Shown: positions 1 to 11,032, numbered from the whole stretch's first letter. The stretch: DNA of 63,920 nucleotides, filler included, from 7 parts of 7 records of this genome joined end to end with filler, not necessarily neighbours in it, one strand, 5' to 3'. The notes: a model not told the origin generated them from the letters alone. Program-made: numbers and translations.

Positions 1-282
1 ATCTAAATCTCCAGTCATAACTGCATTAATATTGTAAACAGATCCTGCAGTTGATTCTACAGTCGCCTTTACATTATATTCTTTTTTGGCATTTATCATT
101 TTACTGATAGCTCCACCTGTTGGGTAGTAAACTCCTGTTACTCCTCCAGTACCTATTGTTACAAATTGTTTTTTTGCTTTAGCTGGTTCTACTGCTTTTT
201 CCTCTTTTTTTCCACCACAACCTGCTAATGCAAATGCTCCAAGTAAAATTGCTGAAACTAATAATCTTTTTCCTCTCATCAT
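1..282 (-). CDS. TAXI-family TRAP transporter solute-binding lipoprotein (N-terminal part, runs off the window)
   Basis: Manual translation: MMRGKRLLVSAILLGAFALAGC (lipobox)...VTIGTGGVTGVYYPTGGAI...VESTAGSVYNINAV, the TAXI signature. AGGAGG RBS upstream. Not in the ORF track. Confidence 0.9.
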   Translation of the reverse strand, partial: MMRGKRLLVSAILLGAFALAGCGGKKEEKAVEPAKAKKQFVTIGTGGVTGVYYPTGGAISKMINAKKEYNVKATVESTAGSVYNINAVMTGDLD

Positions 283-720
283 GCGCCTCCTTAAAATAAT
301 CTTTTATTTAGTTGTGTATACTTAAGTATTTATATGAATACTTCCTATCATTTAATTATAAGGCCTATCAAGAACTTTGTCAATAATTTATTTAATATAT
401 TTTAAATAGAAATTGTATACACTTTATATATTATACTGTTTGACTTTTATTTTTCCTTGTTTTATTAGTTATTTTTTAACATAATGTTGCTGTTTTAAAA
501 AATTTAAATAATTTTGTCCAAAAATATATAACTTTTATCTATTTGTTCATATTTTTATTACACAGTGTTTAAATTTATAGGAATTTAACTTGACTTTAGA
601 AAAAATGTATGATATTTTTTATACTATCGAATATATATTTTATATATGAATATTCTATATTGCGTCAATTGTATGATTAGAATTATACATTATTAAATTT
701 TTAAGGAGAGTGTCTGGTTT

Positions 721-1914
721 ATGAAAAAACTTGGTCTTTTGACAAAACTACTTATCGGAATTATTGCAGGTATTGCAATTGGATTTCTAAGTAATGGAAT
801 TGGTAATTACGTTATTATTAAACTAATGGCAACATTTAGTTCAATATTCGGTAATTTCCTTAAATTTATCATCCCTTGTATTATACTTGCATTTGTTGCA
901 CCTGGTATTGCTGATTTAGGAAATAAAGCAAGTAAGCTTTTAGGAATAACTGCACTTATTGCATATTCATCAACAATTGTTGCAGGTTTCTCTGCATTCT
1001 TTATTGGTAAAGCTGTATTACCTAAGTTTATTAAAGCAGCAGAACTAGGAGAAAAAACTGCAATAGATTTATCTCCATATTTCACAATTGATATGCCACC
1101 TATGATGGGTATTATGACTGCTCTAATATTAGCTTTCTTATTAGGTATAGGAATGGCTCATTTAGACAGTGATGCTTTATACAAAACTGTATTTGATTTT
1201 CAAACTATAATCAGAAAAACTGTTAATACTATTATTATTCCACTTATTCCTCTACATATTGCGGGAATATTTGCCAAAATAACTGCAAGTGGAGAAATTT
1301 TCTCAACTATGAAAACTTTCTCATCAGTATTTGTTATGTTATTAGGACTTCAGGCTATCTATGTAATAGTTCAATACTTAATCGCTGGAACAGTAACGGG
1401 AAAAAATCCTGTAAATTGTTTAAAAAATTACTTACCTGCTTACTTTACAGCTCTTGGTACTCAATCATCAGCTGCAACAATTCCAGTAAGTATGGAATGT
1501 GCTAGAAAAAATGATATCTCTGAAGAGATTGTCGATTTCGTTGTACCTTTAGGAGCAACTATCCATTTAGCTGGAGATACAATAACATTAGTGTTAGCAA
1601 CTATGGCTGTATTACTAATGTCAGGAACTACACCAACTCTTGCTATGATGATGCCATTTATCTTCATGCTTGGAGTTACGATGGTTGCGGCACCAGGAAT
1701 ACCTGGTGGAGGAGTTTATGCAACTCTTGGATTATTAGAAAAAATGTTTATGTTCTCTAGTGGACAACAAGGTCTAATGATTGCTATTCATTTTGCACAA
1801 GATAGTTTCGGAACAGCTACAAACGTTAGTGGAGATGGAGCAATCGCACTACTTGTAGATAAAATCTTTAAATCAAGCGCAAAAGCAGAAACTGCTAAAG
1901 TAAATGCTAAATAA
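721..1914 (+). CDS. Dicarboxylate/amino acid:cation symporter (DAACS, SstT-like)
   Basis: Multi-TM protein with motifs TALGTQSSAATIP, PLGATIHLAG, AAPGIPGG and QDSFGTATNVSGDGA. AAGGAG RBS. Confidence 0.9.
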   Translation: MKKLGLLTKLLIGIIAGIAIGFLSNGIGNYVIIKLMATFSSIFGNFLKFIIPCIILAFVAPGIADLGNKASKLLGITALIAYSSTIVAGFSAFFIGKAVLPKFIKAAELGEKTAIDLSPYFTIDMPPMMGIMTALILAFLLGIGMAHLDSDALYKTVFDFQTIIRKTVNTIIIPLIPLHIAGIFAKITASGEIFSTMKTFSSVFVMLLGLQAIYVIVQYLIAGTVTGKNPVNCLKNYLPAYFTALGTQSSAATIPVSMECARKNDISEEIVDFVVPLGATIHLAGDTITLVLATMAVLLMSGTTPTLAMMMPFIFMLGVTMVAAPGIPGGGVYATLGLLEKMFMFSSGQQGLMIAIHFAQDSFGTATNVSGDGAIALLVDKIFKSSAKAETAKVNAK

Positions 1915-1934
1915 ATTAATTAATAATGTTAAAT

Positions 1935-1973
1935 AAAAAAACAATCCTCAAAATCGCTGAGGGTTGTTTTTTT
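1935..1973 (+). terminator. Intrinsic terminator
   Basis: aaaaaaacaatcctca-aaatcgc-tgagggttgttttttt hairpin with T-tract just after the symporter stop. Confidence 0.8.
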
Positions 1974-2310
1974 ATTCTTATTTGCGTGAAAATCTTGTAT
2001 GATTTTTTAAGTCAAAAGAATCAATTTGACATTAAATCTATTATAATTGAATATAATAGATGGATGGAGAAAATATTCGAATAAAAAGTATTGAAAAAGA
2101 ACACCCAAACTTAATTAGAATTCCCACACATATTAACTATTATAATTTACTCGCTTATACAGAAAAAAATAACTTTATTATATTTAAATAGAAAGCACGT
2201 AGATATAATTCCTAAACTAGCTATATTATTAAAAGTGATAAAAATTAATGGCAAAATTTAGGAGATAAGAAAAAGAGCTTTAGAATTATAAGTTTATTTT
2301 TGCAAAATTA

Positions 2311-2333
2311 AAGCCGCCCAAATTGGACGGCTT
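2311..2333 (-). terminator. Probable terminator of the outer-membrane protein gene
   Basis: aagccgccca-aat-tggacggctt inverted repeat about 25 nt beyond the stop at 2360. Confidence 0.6.
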
Positions 2334-2359
2334 CTGTTATTGTCTATTATTCTAAATTA

Positions 2360-3556
2360 TTACCATAAGAATATTGTTAAACCTAAAGATGCAACTGGTA
2401 ACGGGGCAAATCCAAATATATCTTGAATAGCTCCAAGTCCACTATCTTCTACCATATCGTCTATTTCTTGTTCAAGATCTGCTATATAGTCATCTGGATC
2501 TGGTAACGAATCAAACGTACCATTTGACGATCTCGCAACAGATTTATTAGTTTCAATACCAAATTTTTCTAAGATACCTTTTGCTTCAAGAATATCGTAT
2601 ACCTCAAACGGATCTCCTGTTGCAATGGCTGCCTGTACATCTTCATCATTTGCTAGAATATCTTGTACTTCAGCTATTTCAGTAGTCGATAACCCTTCAT
2701 TGACTAACTCTTGATACGCCTCACTGCTAGTATCATTTAGGTCACTTGCAACTTCATTAATGAAATCTTCAAGGGCTTCTGATTCCATTTTAAAGTCAGC
2801 ATCAATCAAGTCAGAACCTTTGATTTTCTCGATAAATTGAACACCTATAGCCAAATCAAGAGCCCATCTGTTATCAACACCGTATCCCCATCCTAGACCA
2901 ACATATGGTAGAACATCTCCAGTATTAATAATAATTGTACCATTAAAGTCTGATGTTGTTCCTTCTTTTAACTCAAAATCTTTTCCTTCAAATGTTAATT
3001 CAATATCAGAAAGGTTTTTAACCACACCAGCTGATACTCTAAAACCTCCACCAAATACATGCCAATGCGCTAATGCCTTAATTGATGAAATTGTAATATC
3101 CGAGTTGATAGTGTACTCTTCATCTGTGTCCGTTGTATCTGTTTCAGAATCATCAAAAGCCATATAGTTATAGTCTAGTGAAGTACTAAAGAATTTATTA
3201 ATTCTATATATACCCTTCAGTTCAAAACCACCAGCTCCAACACCAACACCAAAACCAACTTTATCTCCTATGAATTTATCATAGAAGGAATCTGATGAAG
3301 CTTCAGCCTTTGAATCATCCTCTGTCTCCTCCATAACATTCATATTACTTTCTTCTGATTTTTCAGTTGCCATCACTGCTTCCTCAGACATTTCGTCAGC
3401 TTGCTCCTCTAATACCACTTCTGTTTCTACTAATCCTGCCTCCTCAGAAACCTCAGTAGCAGTTCCTGGTACTGCAACAGTAGTTGCTGCATCATCAGCT
3501 AAAGCTCCCTGGGTTAGTAGTAATGCAAGAATAACATACGTTACAATTTTTTTCAT
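2360..3556 (-). CDS. Acidic outer-membrane beta-barrel protein (hypothetical)
   Basis: Signal peptide, acidic low-complexity N-terminus, amphipathic beta-strands (GFGVGVGAGG, WHVFGGGFRVSAG, PYVGLGWG) and an aromatic C-terminus (LGLTIFLW). Confidence 0.65.
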   Translation of the reverse strand: MKKIVTYVILALLLTQGALADDAATTVAVPGTATEVSEEAGLVETEVVLEEQADEMSEEAVMATEKSEESNMNVMEETEDDSKAEASSDSFYDKFIGDKVGFGVGVGAGGFELKGIYRINKFFSTSLDYNYMAFDDSETDTTDTDEEYTINSDITISSIKALAHWHVFGGGFRVSAGVVKNLSDIELTFEGKDFELKEGTTSDFNGTIIINTGDVLPYVGLGWGYGVDNRWALDLAIGVQFIEKIKGSDLIDADFKMESEALEDFINEVASDLNDTSSEAYQELVNEGLSTTEIAEVQDILANDEDVQAAIATGDPFEVYDILEAKGILEKFGIETNKSVARSSNGTFDSLPDPDDYIADLEQEIDDMVEDSGLGAIQDIFGFAPLPVASLGLTIFLW

Positions 3557-3695
3557 AGCTAATCCTCCTTATTTTTTTATATCCCACAATACTATTTTAC
3601 TAAAGTTTTCAAGCAAATGCAACTCTTTCTACTCTTTTAGAATTTTTTTCCTATTTTAGAACAAAGTGACATTTAAAACTATTTCACTATATATA

Positions 3696-4823
3696 CTAAG
3701 AATTAACTTTTTTCCTTTCTTTTAATACTAATAAAATTAGAAAAAATAAACCTATTAAAGTCCATATGAAATAAAATCTATAAATTGCTATGGCAGAAAA
3801 TGCATCAATTATTTTACCAGAAATAAAAACACAAAATACAGTTCCTATACCTAAACTAACGGAATTATATATTGTTAGTGCCGTTGCTGTTTGAGAAACC
3901 TGCGTATGAGTTTTAATATACTCCGCTACTCCAGCTAAAAATGAGCCAATTGAAAGTCCTTGTAGAAAAAATAAACTTATTATCAAAACTGGACTGGGTG
4001 AAAAGCTATAGAACAACCATCTTAAGCTAAATATAAGCCCTGATACCAATAGGAAGTTATTTAATCCTACTTTTCTAATTAAAATAGCGCTTAAGCTAAA
4101 AAATGGAACTTCACTTAATGCAAAGAGTAAAAATGCTAAACCTACGCCTGTTATTTTACCTCCAAGTTCAATGTAGAACAATGCAAAGTAGGTATTGTGC
4201 GCATTAATAGTTCCAGCAATAAAGAAGCCAATTGTAAGTAACATTAAAAAATCTCTATTTTTTAACAGTTCAATTAATAGTTTTTTGTTTATTGATTCTG
4301 TATGCTCAGCTTTTATATTCATTTTTCTCACAAAGTAGGCGCACAAAATAAGCGCAAGTCCTGTACAAACAAAAATCATATACTTCGACACATAATCGGA
4401 TAAAAAAGCAGATATCTGTACTGCAACTGCAAACCCAATTGCTCCCCACAACCTAATCTTACCATACTCATATTTTGAGTGTAATATGCCGGCATCATTT
4501 AGTGGAAAAACTCCACAAACAAAAAGCTGTAGTAATGCATATAAAATTAAAATAACTGCAAAAGTTTTTGAAAGTGGCAATAAAAATGCCAAAACACCAC
4601 TTACTAGCGAAAGAAATATAAGTAACTTTTTTATATTATTTGTTTTATCAGCAAGTAAGCCCCAAAATGGCTGAAAAAATATTGTCATAAAAGTACCAGT
4701 AGACATTATTATCCCAACTTTTGTCCCTGTAAATCCTATACCAACAAGATACTCCGATATCAAAGGCAATAATGATCCCAATGAAAAATACATTAAAAAT
4801 GTTACTATTGCGTAAACCTTCAT
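3696..4823 (-). CDS. MFS transporter (oligosaccharide/nucleoside:H+ symporter-like, probable maltose/maltodextrin permease)
   Basis: About 12 TM segments; QPFWGLLADK and YGKIRLWGAIGF motifs. Co-oriented downstream of GH13. Start moved to the ATG at 4823 after an AGGAG RBS. Confidence 0.8.
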   Translation of the reverse strand: MKVYAIVTFLMYFSLGSLLPLISEYLVGIGFTGTKVGIIMSTGTFMTIFFQPFWGLLADKTNNIKKLLIFLSLVSGVLAFLLPLSKTFAVILILYALLQLFVCGVFPLNDAGILHSKYEYGKIRLWGAIGFAVAVQISAFLSDYVSKYMIFVCTGLALILCAYFVRKMNIKAEHTESINKKLLIELLKNRDFLMLLTIGFFIAGTINAHNTYFALFYIELGGKITGVGLAFLLFALSEVPFFSLSAILIRKVGLNNFLLVSGLIFSLRWLFYSFSPSPVLIISLFFLQGLSIGSFLAGVAEYIKTHTQVSQTATALTIYNSVSLGIGTVFCVFISGKIIDAFSAIAIYRFYFIWTLIGLFFLILLVLKERKKVNS

Positions 4824-4909
4824 CTTCTCTCCTCTATTCTTTACATTAATTATATTCAATCACACGGAGTATTATAGGGTATAAAAAAACTTAATGCAAC
4901 TTATTTAAA

Positions 4910-6847
4910 CTATTTTTCTATTATAAAAACTCCGTTACTAATCTCCTGTAAATTAATTTCAAGCATACTGTTTATTAGTTTCAAATTTTTACCAGTAAAT
5001 AGTTCCTTAACAAGTATATTTTCCAATGCAAATTGCTCGAATGATATTCTAATTTTCTTAGTTCTGTTCCTACTAACTAAACTAAATATTATTTTTTTAC
5101 TATTAAATCTAACGAAGGCAAAACTATCTTCATCAGCGAAGAGAACTTTATAGCTTCCCGTGTGGAGAACTTTCTCATTTTTCTTTAAATGTGATAGCTT
5201 CTTATACAGTTCGAAGTAATTCATATCCCATTTCTCTTGATTCCACTCCATAGGATATCTAATCCCTTCATTACTATCTAAGTGCCCATCTAGCCCTATC
5301 TCATCACCATAAAATATGTTTGGGCAACCAGGTAATATGAACATAGTTGAAACTAAACCTCTATACAGTTCAAAATCAAACTCTTCAGGAAAATTATGAA
5401 GTCTAAATATATCGTGCGAATCAATTAAGTTAAATTGTAAAAATACAATCTGATTTGGAATTCTACTTAGGTTCTGATTAATTTGCTCAACCAGTTGATA
5501 TCCTGTTGTTGCTTTTACTTTTTTCTTTTTATCTTTTATTGACCAAAACCTTCTATCAACCATTCCCATGAAACTTCTAAGCACTTTTCCACATGAAAAA
5601 TAGTTCATTGGAGAGTCCCATTCATCACCAAGCAGATGACTGATTGCATCCTCCCAATGCTCTCCAAGTATATATGCCTCATTGTTAATGCTTTTAACTT
5701 CCTTTCTTACCTCTCTCCATATCTCATGACAGAAATCTTCTTGCTCTTTTCTACCAACGTGATTTCCCACATCAAATCGCCATCCATCAATATTATATGG
5801 AGCTTTTAAAAACTTATGCATAAATGAATCTTTTGTTTTATACAGTTTATCCCTTAATTTTTCAGAATTAAAATTTAGTTGAGGCAAAGAGTGAAAACCA
5901 AACCAGCACCAATATGAATCATCGTCATTAAAATAATAGTATTTTCTTTCTTCACACTCTTTGTCTTTAAGAGCTTTCTTAAACCATTCATGCTCCGTAC
6001 CTGTATGATTTATTGAAACATCCACTATTACCTTCATATCATTTTCATGTAACTTTTCTGTTAATTCAGATAAAGATTCATTTCCACCTAAGTGTTCATC
6101 AACGCTAAAGTAATCTGTACAGTCATATCTATGTGTTGTTTTTGCTGAGAAAATTGGATTTAAATAAAGTGCATTAACACCTAAGTCCTTGAAATAATTT
6201 ATCTTATTTTGAATTCCTTTTAGGTCTCCGTTATAAAAATCTAAACAATGCCCATCTTTATACTCCAAAGGTTTATCAGCCCAGTTCATCTCAATAGTCC
6301 CATGTCCATCAAATACATACTCGCTATCCTTTACTCCGAGAGTAGAATCGCCACTATTAAATCTATCTGGAAATATTTGATAAAAAACGCTCTTAGGTAC
6401 CCACGATGGATTTTCAAAATTACATATTATTACAAAGTCATAATCCTCAGTAGGCAAGATATTAGTAATGGATTTTCTCGTATAATAGAGAAATTCATCT
6501 TCTAGTTCGATGATAAAGTGATAGTGATAATACTTTTTATCAAGTTTCATTTTTACTGAATAGAATTCTATTTTACTTTCTTTACCTTTTTTACTTTCTT
6601 CACCTTCTCTACTTTCTTCTCCATCTTTACTTTTATCACATTCTTTGCTTTCATTTTTAACTTTATACATTTTATTATGTTCTACTTCTCCATTAACCAG
6701 GGTTCTTAAATAAACATTTTTAACTTCACGGTTTTTCAGCATTGATAGTTTTATTTCTACACTTTCTCCCTGCTTTGGATTAGGGTTTGAAACGTAGATA
6801 TCATTTACTTCAGAATGTATACTCTTTTTCCAATTCACTTTAACCAA
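4910..6847 (-). CDS. GH13 alpha-amylase family (maltodextrin glucosidase/neopullulanase-like)
   Basis: FYQIFPDRF, HRYDCTDY, DVSINHTG, DGWRFDVG, LGEHW, LIDSHD and FYGDEIG conserved GH13 regions. Confidence 0.9.
   Translation of the reverse strand: MVKVNWKKSIHSEVNDIYVSNPNPKQGESVEIKLSMLKNREVKNVYLRTLVNGEVEHNKMYKVKNESKECDKSKDGEESREGEESKKGKESKIEFYSVKMKLDKKYYHYHFIIELEDEFLYYTRKSITNILPTEDYDFVIICNFENPSWVPKSVFYQIFPDRFNSGDSTLGVKDSEYVFDGHGTIEMNWADKPLEYKDGHCLDFYNGDLKGIQNKINYFKDLGVNALYLNPIFSAKTTHRYDCTDYFSVDEHLGGNESLSELTEKLHENDMKVIVDVSINHTGTEHEWFKKALKDKECEERKYYYFNDDDSYWCWFGFHSLPQLNFNSEKLRDKLYKTKDSFMHKFLKAPYNIDGWRFDVGNHVGRKEQEDFCHEIWREVRKEVKSINNEAYILGEHWEDAISHLLGDEWDSPMNYFSCGKVLRSFMGMVDRRFWSIKDKKKKVKATTGYQLVEQINQNLSRIPNQIVFLQFNLIDSHDIFRLHNFPEEFDFELYRGLVSTMFILPGCPNIFYGDEIGLDGHLDSNEGIRYPMEWNQEKWDMNYFELYKKLSHLKKNEKVLHTGSYKVLFADEDSFAFVRFNSKKIIFSLVSRNRTKKIRISFEQFALENILVKELFTGKNLKLINSMLEINLQEISNGVFIIEK
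6573..6655 (-). repeat. Degenerate 18-bp tandem repeat (about 4.5 copies) inside the GH13 gene
   Basis: ttactttctttacctttt / ttactttcttcaccttct / ctactttcttctccatct / ttacttttatcacattct, encoding ESKECD-KSKDGE-ESREGE-ESKKGK-ESK. Confidence 0.75.
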
Positions 6848-6994
6848 CTCCTAATCTTAATTATTCATTCAATTATACTTTTAATAAAACCCTTGGTCAA
6901 TGTGCAAATTGCAAAGTTTTTAAATCCTACTAAAGGAATCAAAAACTAATTTGGTATATTAATATGAGACTAATAATATTAGGGAGGTTGGGAA

Positions 6995-8802
6995 ATGTTT
7001 AAGAAGATATCATCAAAACTTATTCTGATTTTTTCCATTATGCTTTTTTCAGTTGCCTCAACATCTATTACAAGTTATCTAGCTGTAGATACTCAGGAGC
7101 AACATCTAATGTTGACAGAGCTTTTAAGTAGGCAAAAATTATTAATCGAAAGAGTCGTTTTTATAACTATCAACATAGCTGAAATAGGAGAGATGGACAG
7201 AGTAAAGTTCGAAAAAAATATTCTGAAGTAAAAGAAAATTTAGTTGTTAATATAGAAGAAGTAGATCAGTTGTTTAATGATTCAAAGGATAGACAATATA
7301 ATTTTAGAGGTGAAAGTGTCGATCTCAAGTTTCGTCCTGAATTTGCAGAACTTTTTGACCAAGTATTAGATAGAGCTATCTTTGAGTGGGAAGAATCAAA
7401 AAAATTGATAAATTATTTAACTGACGTAAAATACTTAGCTGACAGTAATAAATATGTAGAGGTGTTGCAAAAGTTTGAAGACACAAAAGAGAAATTAATT
7501 ATTGAATCTGACATGATTGTTACAATCTGTATGGAAGAATCAAAAACAAAACAAAAAATAAGTAACTTTATTCAAATTATGAGTTTGGTATTTTCTGCCT
7601 TTCTTTTTATTATTTTAGTTTATCTTATCACTAAAAATTTCTATAAACCTTTTGTTGATATCAAGAGAATATTTATTAAAATGGCTAAGGGTGAGATTAA
7701 AAATAGGTTTAAAAGAGTGGAAGAAGATGAGTTTAAAGAATTATATGAACATTTCAATTATTTTTTAGATAGTATCAGTGAAATATTTAAATTAGAAGAT
7801 GAAATACTTCTTGAAAATAATTTGGACAAAGTATTGTTTTATATCAAAAATAATTTTAAGCAATTTTTACCACTTAAATCCCTTGAAATATCTTATAAAA
7901 ACAGCGAAAATAAAATTTTGAGCAAAAAAATATTCGAAGATAAAATTGAAAACTATATAGATCCAGATATTAGACTTGATAAATATAATGAAACCAAGGT
8001 AATAGCTAACACTATTATCACTCCTATCAAAATTAATAATGTTTGCTTTGGGGTAGTTAAATTTAATTTTGAAAATAGCAGCTCCATAGAAAGTACATAT
8101 CTAAATTTTTTACAGCTGATTGAAAACAAACTCTCACTAACCTTTTATAAAAATTTTCTGTTTAGAGATTTATTAACTATAATAACAGGTGCCCTGAGTA
8201 AAATGGCAGAAGCTAAAGATCCTGAAACAGGTTATCATATAATTAGAATGTCTGAGTATGCACAATTAATTGCTAAAAAGCTAAAGGAAAAAGGGGAGTT
8301 TCTAAGTGAGATTGATGATGAGTTTATTGAAAATATTTTAATTAGTGCTCCAATGCATGATATTGGGAAGGTTTCTATTCCTGATAATATCTTATTAAAA
8401 CCTGGTAAATTAGATAATGATGAGTGGAAAGTTATGAAATCACATGCTGGTGCAGGAGGATTGATTCTTCAGAAGTTACACAGCAAATTTGAAGCTTATA
8501 ATATAAATTATTTCCAAATGGCTGCTGAAATTGCATATTCGCATCATGAAAAATGGGACGGAAGTGGTTATCCAAATAAACTAAAAGGTAATGATATCCC
8601 TTTATCTGCTAGAATAGCAGCAGTTGCTGATGTATTTGACGCTCTTATGTCTAAAAGGCCATATAAAGAAGCGTTTAGCTTAGAAAAAAGTTACTCAATT
8701 ATTCAAGAGGGAGTTGGTACTCATTTTGATGAACGAGTCGTTTCTGCTTTTTTAGAAGTTCGAAATGATGTTAAAAAAATCTCACAAAAGTTTTTAGAAT
8801 AG
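6995..8802 (+). CDS. Membrane-anchored HD-GYP phosphodiesterase (TM, periplasmic helical sensor, TM, HAMP, HD-GYP); frameshifted at about 7212-7218
   Basis: ORFs 6995-7231 and 7270-8802 join if the A7 run gains one A. Motifs HDIGK, HHEKWDGSGYP and ADVFDAL. Confidence 0.85.
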
Positions 8803-8811
8803 ATTTAATTT

Positions 8812-8847
8812 ATAAAGGCTAACTAATTTTATATAGTTAGCCTTTAT
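8812..8847. terminator. Bidirectional terminator between convergent HD-GYP and rppH
   Basis: ataaaggctaacta-attttata-tagttagcctttat perfect 14-bp stem. Confidence 0.8.
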
Positions 8848-8856
8848 GTTTAATTA

Positions 8857-9369
8857 CTATGATTGATAAACTATTGTAATTTTTGAATTTTCTTTATTTT
8901 TTAGCTCCGTTTTCATAAAATCATTTAGTTTAGCATAAATAGGCTTTCTAAACTCTACAACAACATTCAGAAGCTCATCCATACTCAACCATTTCCAGTT
9001 TGAAAACTCTTTTTCTATTGCTTTTTCCAAATCTATTATAGTTTTTTCTTCATTTTTTATTCGAAAAAAGAACCATTTTTGTGCCTGTCCCCTACCTATT
9101 TTTTTATTCCTTTTATCAATAGGTATTTCATAAACAAGCCACTCTGGGTAAGTTCCCAATAATTCAAGCTCATAAGCCTCTAATCCCGTTTCTTCTTCTA
9201 CTTCCCTTAATACGCTGTCTAATGGTTCCTCACCAGTATCCATACCACCTTGAGGAAGTTGCCATGCATCTTTTATTTTAGTCCTCTCGAATGTCAAAAC
9301 TTCATTTTTAGAGTTTAAAATTACTGCTCCTACATTTGCTCTAAAAAATGTATCAATTGATTTGCTCAT
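8857..9369 (-). CDS. rppH: RNA pyrophosphohydrolase (Nudix)
   Basis: FRANVG, WQLPQGG, Nudix box REVEEETGL, and GQAQKWF. Confidence 0.88.
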   Translation of the reverse strand: MSKSIDTFFRANVGAVILNSKNEVLTFERTKIKDAWQLPQGGMDTGEEPLDSVLREVEEETGLEAYELELLGTYPEWLVYEIPIDKRNKKIGRGQAQKWFFFRIKNEEKTIIDLEKAIEKEFSNWKWLSMDELLNVVVEFRKPIYAKLNDFMKTELKNKENSKITIVYQS

Positions 9370-9386
9370 CTATTAACAACTCCTAT

Positions 9387-10798
9387 CTAATATATAATTT
9401 TATTAATAGCTTTCTTATATAGCTCTTCATATTTTTTGGCTGAATTTGACCAAGAGTAGTCAGCCTCTATCCCTCTTATCATAAGTTTTTTCCATGTTTC
9501 CTCATCGTTATAATACACCTCTATTGCTCTTTTTATAGTAAACAGCATGTCATGGGCATTATAGTGAGTAAAACTAAATCCATTTCCTTCATCAGTATCA
9601 TACCTATACGACTTTACTGTATCATTTAAGCCTCCTGTTTCTCTAACAATTGGCACAGTTGCATATCTCATAGCTATTAACTGACTCAGCCCACAAGGTT
9701 CAAATAGCGAAGGCATAAGAAACATATCAGAGCCAGCATAAATCCTACTAGCCAGCTTATCATCATAACCAATCTTTAACCCCACTTTATTAGGGAATCG
9801 AAGTTTTAAATTATAGAGTAAACTCTCATATTTACTTTCACCTGTTCCGAGAACTACTAATTGAACTTCTTCACCTTCTAGAAGTTCATCAACAACTCTT
9901 TCAATTAAGTCGAAACCTTTTTGACCAATTAACCTAGATATAATTGCTACAACAGGAGTATTTGGATTTGAATCTAAACCAAACTCCTCCTGAAGTTTTG
10001 TTTTATTTGGATATTTTAAATCCAAAGTTGAAGCATTATAGTTATCTAATAAATTTTTATCAGTTGCAGGATTAAAAACTTCATAATCTATTCCATTTAA
10101 GATGCCATGCAAGTCATTTTCTCTCATAGCCAAATCATAATTTAAACCTTCACCATAATAATCTGTTTTTATCTCTTCACAGTAAGTCTCACTAACTGTA
10201 TTAATAATATCAGCATTCTCTATTCCTAACTTCATGAAATTAATATAACCTGATGGAATAGGATAAGATAAATATCTAAATGCCCCTCTCCAAACCACCC
10301 TTGGTATCTTAAATTATGAAGAGTGTAAACAGTCTTTATGTCTTGATAAAATTCATCTTGCTTAAAAACATTATTAAGAAAATACGGAATCAAACCAGTC
10401 TGCCAATCATTGCAATGAATTACGGCAGGTTTAAATCCAAGTTCTTTTATAAGCTTCAAACTAATTTCTGAAAAAAGTGCAAACTGAAGATCCTTATCAT
10501 CATTATTATATATATTGTCTCTTTCAAAAAAAGTTTTATTCTCAATAAAATAAAAAGTTATATTTTTATAGAATATTTGATATATATTGTATATTTCATC
10601 ATTACGTGTGATTGAGACTAAAAATTTAGGCGCATAACCATTCAGAGTAACCTGAGAGTATTTTGGCAAGACTACTCGAACATCATGTCCCATTTTAACT
10701 AGAGCTTCTGAAAGGCCATATGCTGCATCTGCAAGGCCACCTGTTTTAACAAATGGATATACTTCTGAAACGGTATATAATATTTTTAATTTGTCCAC
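9387..10798 (-). CDS. glgA: Glycogen synthase (GT5); frameshifted at about 10285
   Basis: KTGGLAD, HCNDWQT, HNLRYQG, QKGFDL, PSLFEPCGLSQ. The two ORFs join if the G4 run in gagggg gains one G. Confidence 0.9.
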
Positions 10799-10863
10799 TT
10801 AAAACCTCCTAAGATCTTTGCGTAATGTGTAGTTTTAGAGTGTAAACATGAATCAAGTTTTCA

Positions 10864-10963
10864 NNNNNNNNNNNNNNNNNNNNNNNNNNNNNNNNNNNNN
10901 NNNNNNNTTAATTAATTAANNNNNNNNNNNNNNNNNNNNNNNNNNNNNNNNNNNNNNNNNNNN
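10864..10963. other. Artificial contig linker
   Basis: N44-TTAATTAATTAA-N44 (stop codons in all six frames). Confidence 0.99.
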
Positions 10964-11032
10964 GGGCGGGAGGATTCGAACCTCCGAATGCGGATACCAA
11001 AAACCCGTGTCTTGCCGCTTGACGACGCCCCA
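10964..11032 (-). tRNA. tRNA-Gln(TTG), 3' end truncated by the contig edge
   Basis: TGGGGCGTCGTCAAGCGGCAAGACACGGGT-TTTTGGT-ATCCGCATTCGGAGGTTCGAATCCTCCCGCCC. Anticodon TTG, T-loop GTTCGAATC, and the usual ispE-tRNA-Gln context. Confidence 0.93.

Noticed and set aside
283-720. TGTATAC-like palindromic words in the TAXI/DAACS divergent promoter region
   Set aside because: They could be GntR-type sites but cannot be distinguished from chance in very AT-rich DNA.
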